Origin: an uncultured bacterium
GTDB lineage: Bacteria; Myxococcota_A; UBA796; GCA-2862545
Assembly (NCBI GenBank): GCA_965367245.1
Contig: CBDUIC010000003.1
Span: 74,622-138,621 of the forward strand
Direction: 5' to 3'
DNA: 64,000 bases
In this document: positions 63,304 through 64,000 of the stretch, piece by piece
Position numbering within the stretch: the stretch's first letter is position 1
How the letters are laid out: each line of letters opens with the position of its first letter
The notes under the pieces: generated by a model
The model's input: only the letters and a program-made list of their open reading frames with translations
Told to the model about the DNA's origin: nothing
Databases searched by the model: none
Program-made: the position numbers and the translations under genes

Positions 63304-64000
63304 GCCTCCACGCCCTGCTGCTGTTCGCTGGCCTGGCCGCCGCCGAGCCCGCCGAGGCGGAGCCCGAGCCCCACGGCAGCGACGTGTCGTGTGCCACCTG
63401 CCACACCGACGCCCACGAGGGCGCGGTCGGCGACGCCTGCGACAGCTGCCACACGTCGGAGGCGTGGTCCCCCACCTCCTTCGACCTCGCTCGGCATGCC
63501 GACACCGCCTTCCCCTTGAAGGGCAAGCACACCGATCTGAGCTGCGACAGCTGCCATCCCGACGGCAAGCTGTCCGACCTGCCGCTGGAGTGTGCGGGCT
63601 GCCACGTCGATCGTCACCGCGGCAAGCTCGGCGAGGCGTGCACCGACTGCCACAGCGTCGAGGGCTTCCTCCCCGTCGAGGGCTTCGTGCACCTCGACCG
63701 CACCGGCTTCGCCCTCGCCGGTGTGCATGGCAACGCGGTGTGCGCCGACTGCCACCAGGGCGACAACGGCCGCGCCATGCGGCTCACGATGGATCCCGAC
63801 TGCGAGACCTGTCATACCGCTTCCCACGCCGCCTTTGGCGGACGCGCGTGCGACAGCTGTCACCAGCTCGACCAGGGCAGCTTCGCCGCCGCCGCCAAGC
63901 GCTTCGACCACCGGCCCACCGGCTTCGAGCTCGAGCGCCGGCACCGCGCCGTCGGCTGCGCGAGCTGCCACCCGGTGCAGGGCGCCGCCCCGGTGGCCCG
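63298..64000 (+). CDS. multiheme c-type cytochrome, partial (continues beyond the window end)
   Basis: MVSLHALLLFAGLAAAEPAEA signal peptide. Motifs CATCH, CDSCH, CDSCH, CAGCH, CTDCH, CADCH, CETCH, CDSCH, CASCH within 234 aa. There is no stop before position 64000, so it is absent from the ORF track. Confidence 0.75.

Noticed and set aside
1-64000. Search for mobile elements, CRISPR arrays, tRNA and rRNA genes
   Set aside because: No transposase or integrase-like translation was seen, nor terminal inverted repeats flanking a gene block, nor regularly spaced direct repeats with unique spacers. No tRNA-like cloverleaf stood out in the few intergenic gaps. GC content is uniform with no island signature. 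None is reported rather than guessing.

Overview
Nothing here is a recognisable mobile element, CRISPR array, rRNA or tRNA; the candidates worth a second look are listed after the overview. The window is 64 kb of very high-GC (~70%) bacterial chromosome and is densely coding. Serine/threonine kinases, an FHA-domain sigma-54 activator, many lipoproteins and multiheme cytochromes suggest Myxococcota or another high-GC delta-proteobacterium; that assignment is inference only. All six frames carry long spurious ORFs at this GC content. I therefore called genes only where the translation looked like a real protein (recognisable family motifs, plausible composition, signal peptides, start/stop coupling). 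The antisense and off-frame ORFs were rejected. Confident calls include: a TetR/MFP/RND efflux operon at the left edge, aspS, two Hanks-type kinases, selB, gpsA, a NUDIX hydrolase, a fatty-acid desaturase, an S8 peptidase, oligoendopeptidase F, two GSTs, an SPFH/DUF4339 protein, a LOG-family protein, a c-type cytochrome with a TlpA-like thioredoxin, DedA, a hybrid PAS histidine kinase, a sulfatase-like hydrolase and a MAPEG protein. Most interesting candidates: (1) a WYL-domain regulator coupled by an ATGA overlap to an unrecognised 304-aa protein and a SAM methyltransferase, with inverted repeats upstream; (2) a eukaryotic-type peptidylarginine-deiminase homologue made as a lipoprotein with poly-Asp repeats, coupled to a HEAT-repeat protein and sitting beside secreted FG-GAP, S8-protease and acidic lipoprotein genes; (3) a GbsR/MarR-led operon with a perfect palindromic operator, a LolA-like protein, three tandem FtsX permeases, an ABC ATPase and an outer-membrane beta-barrel; (4) a porin-cytochrome-like cluster at the right edge; (5) an orphan selB; (6) a 17-nt tandem repeat array containing the stop codons of two convergent genes. 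Families are recognised by eye from motifs and all coordinates come from reading the provided sequence and ORF track; nothing was searched or computed with tools.
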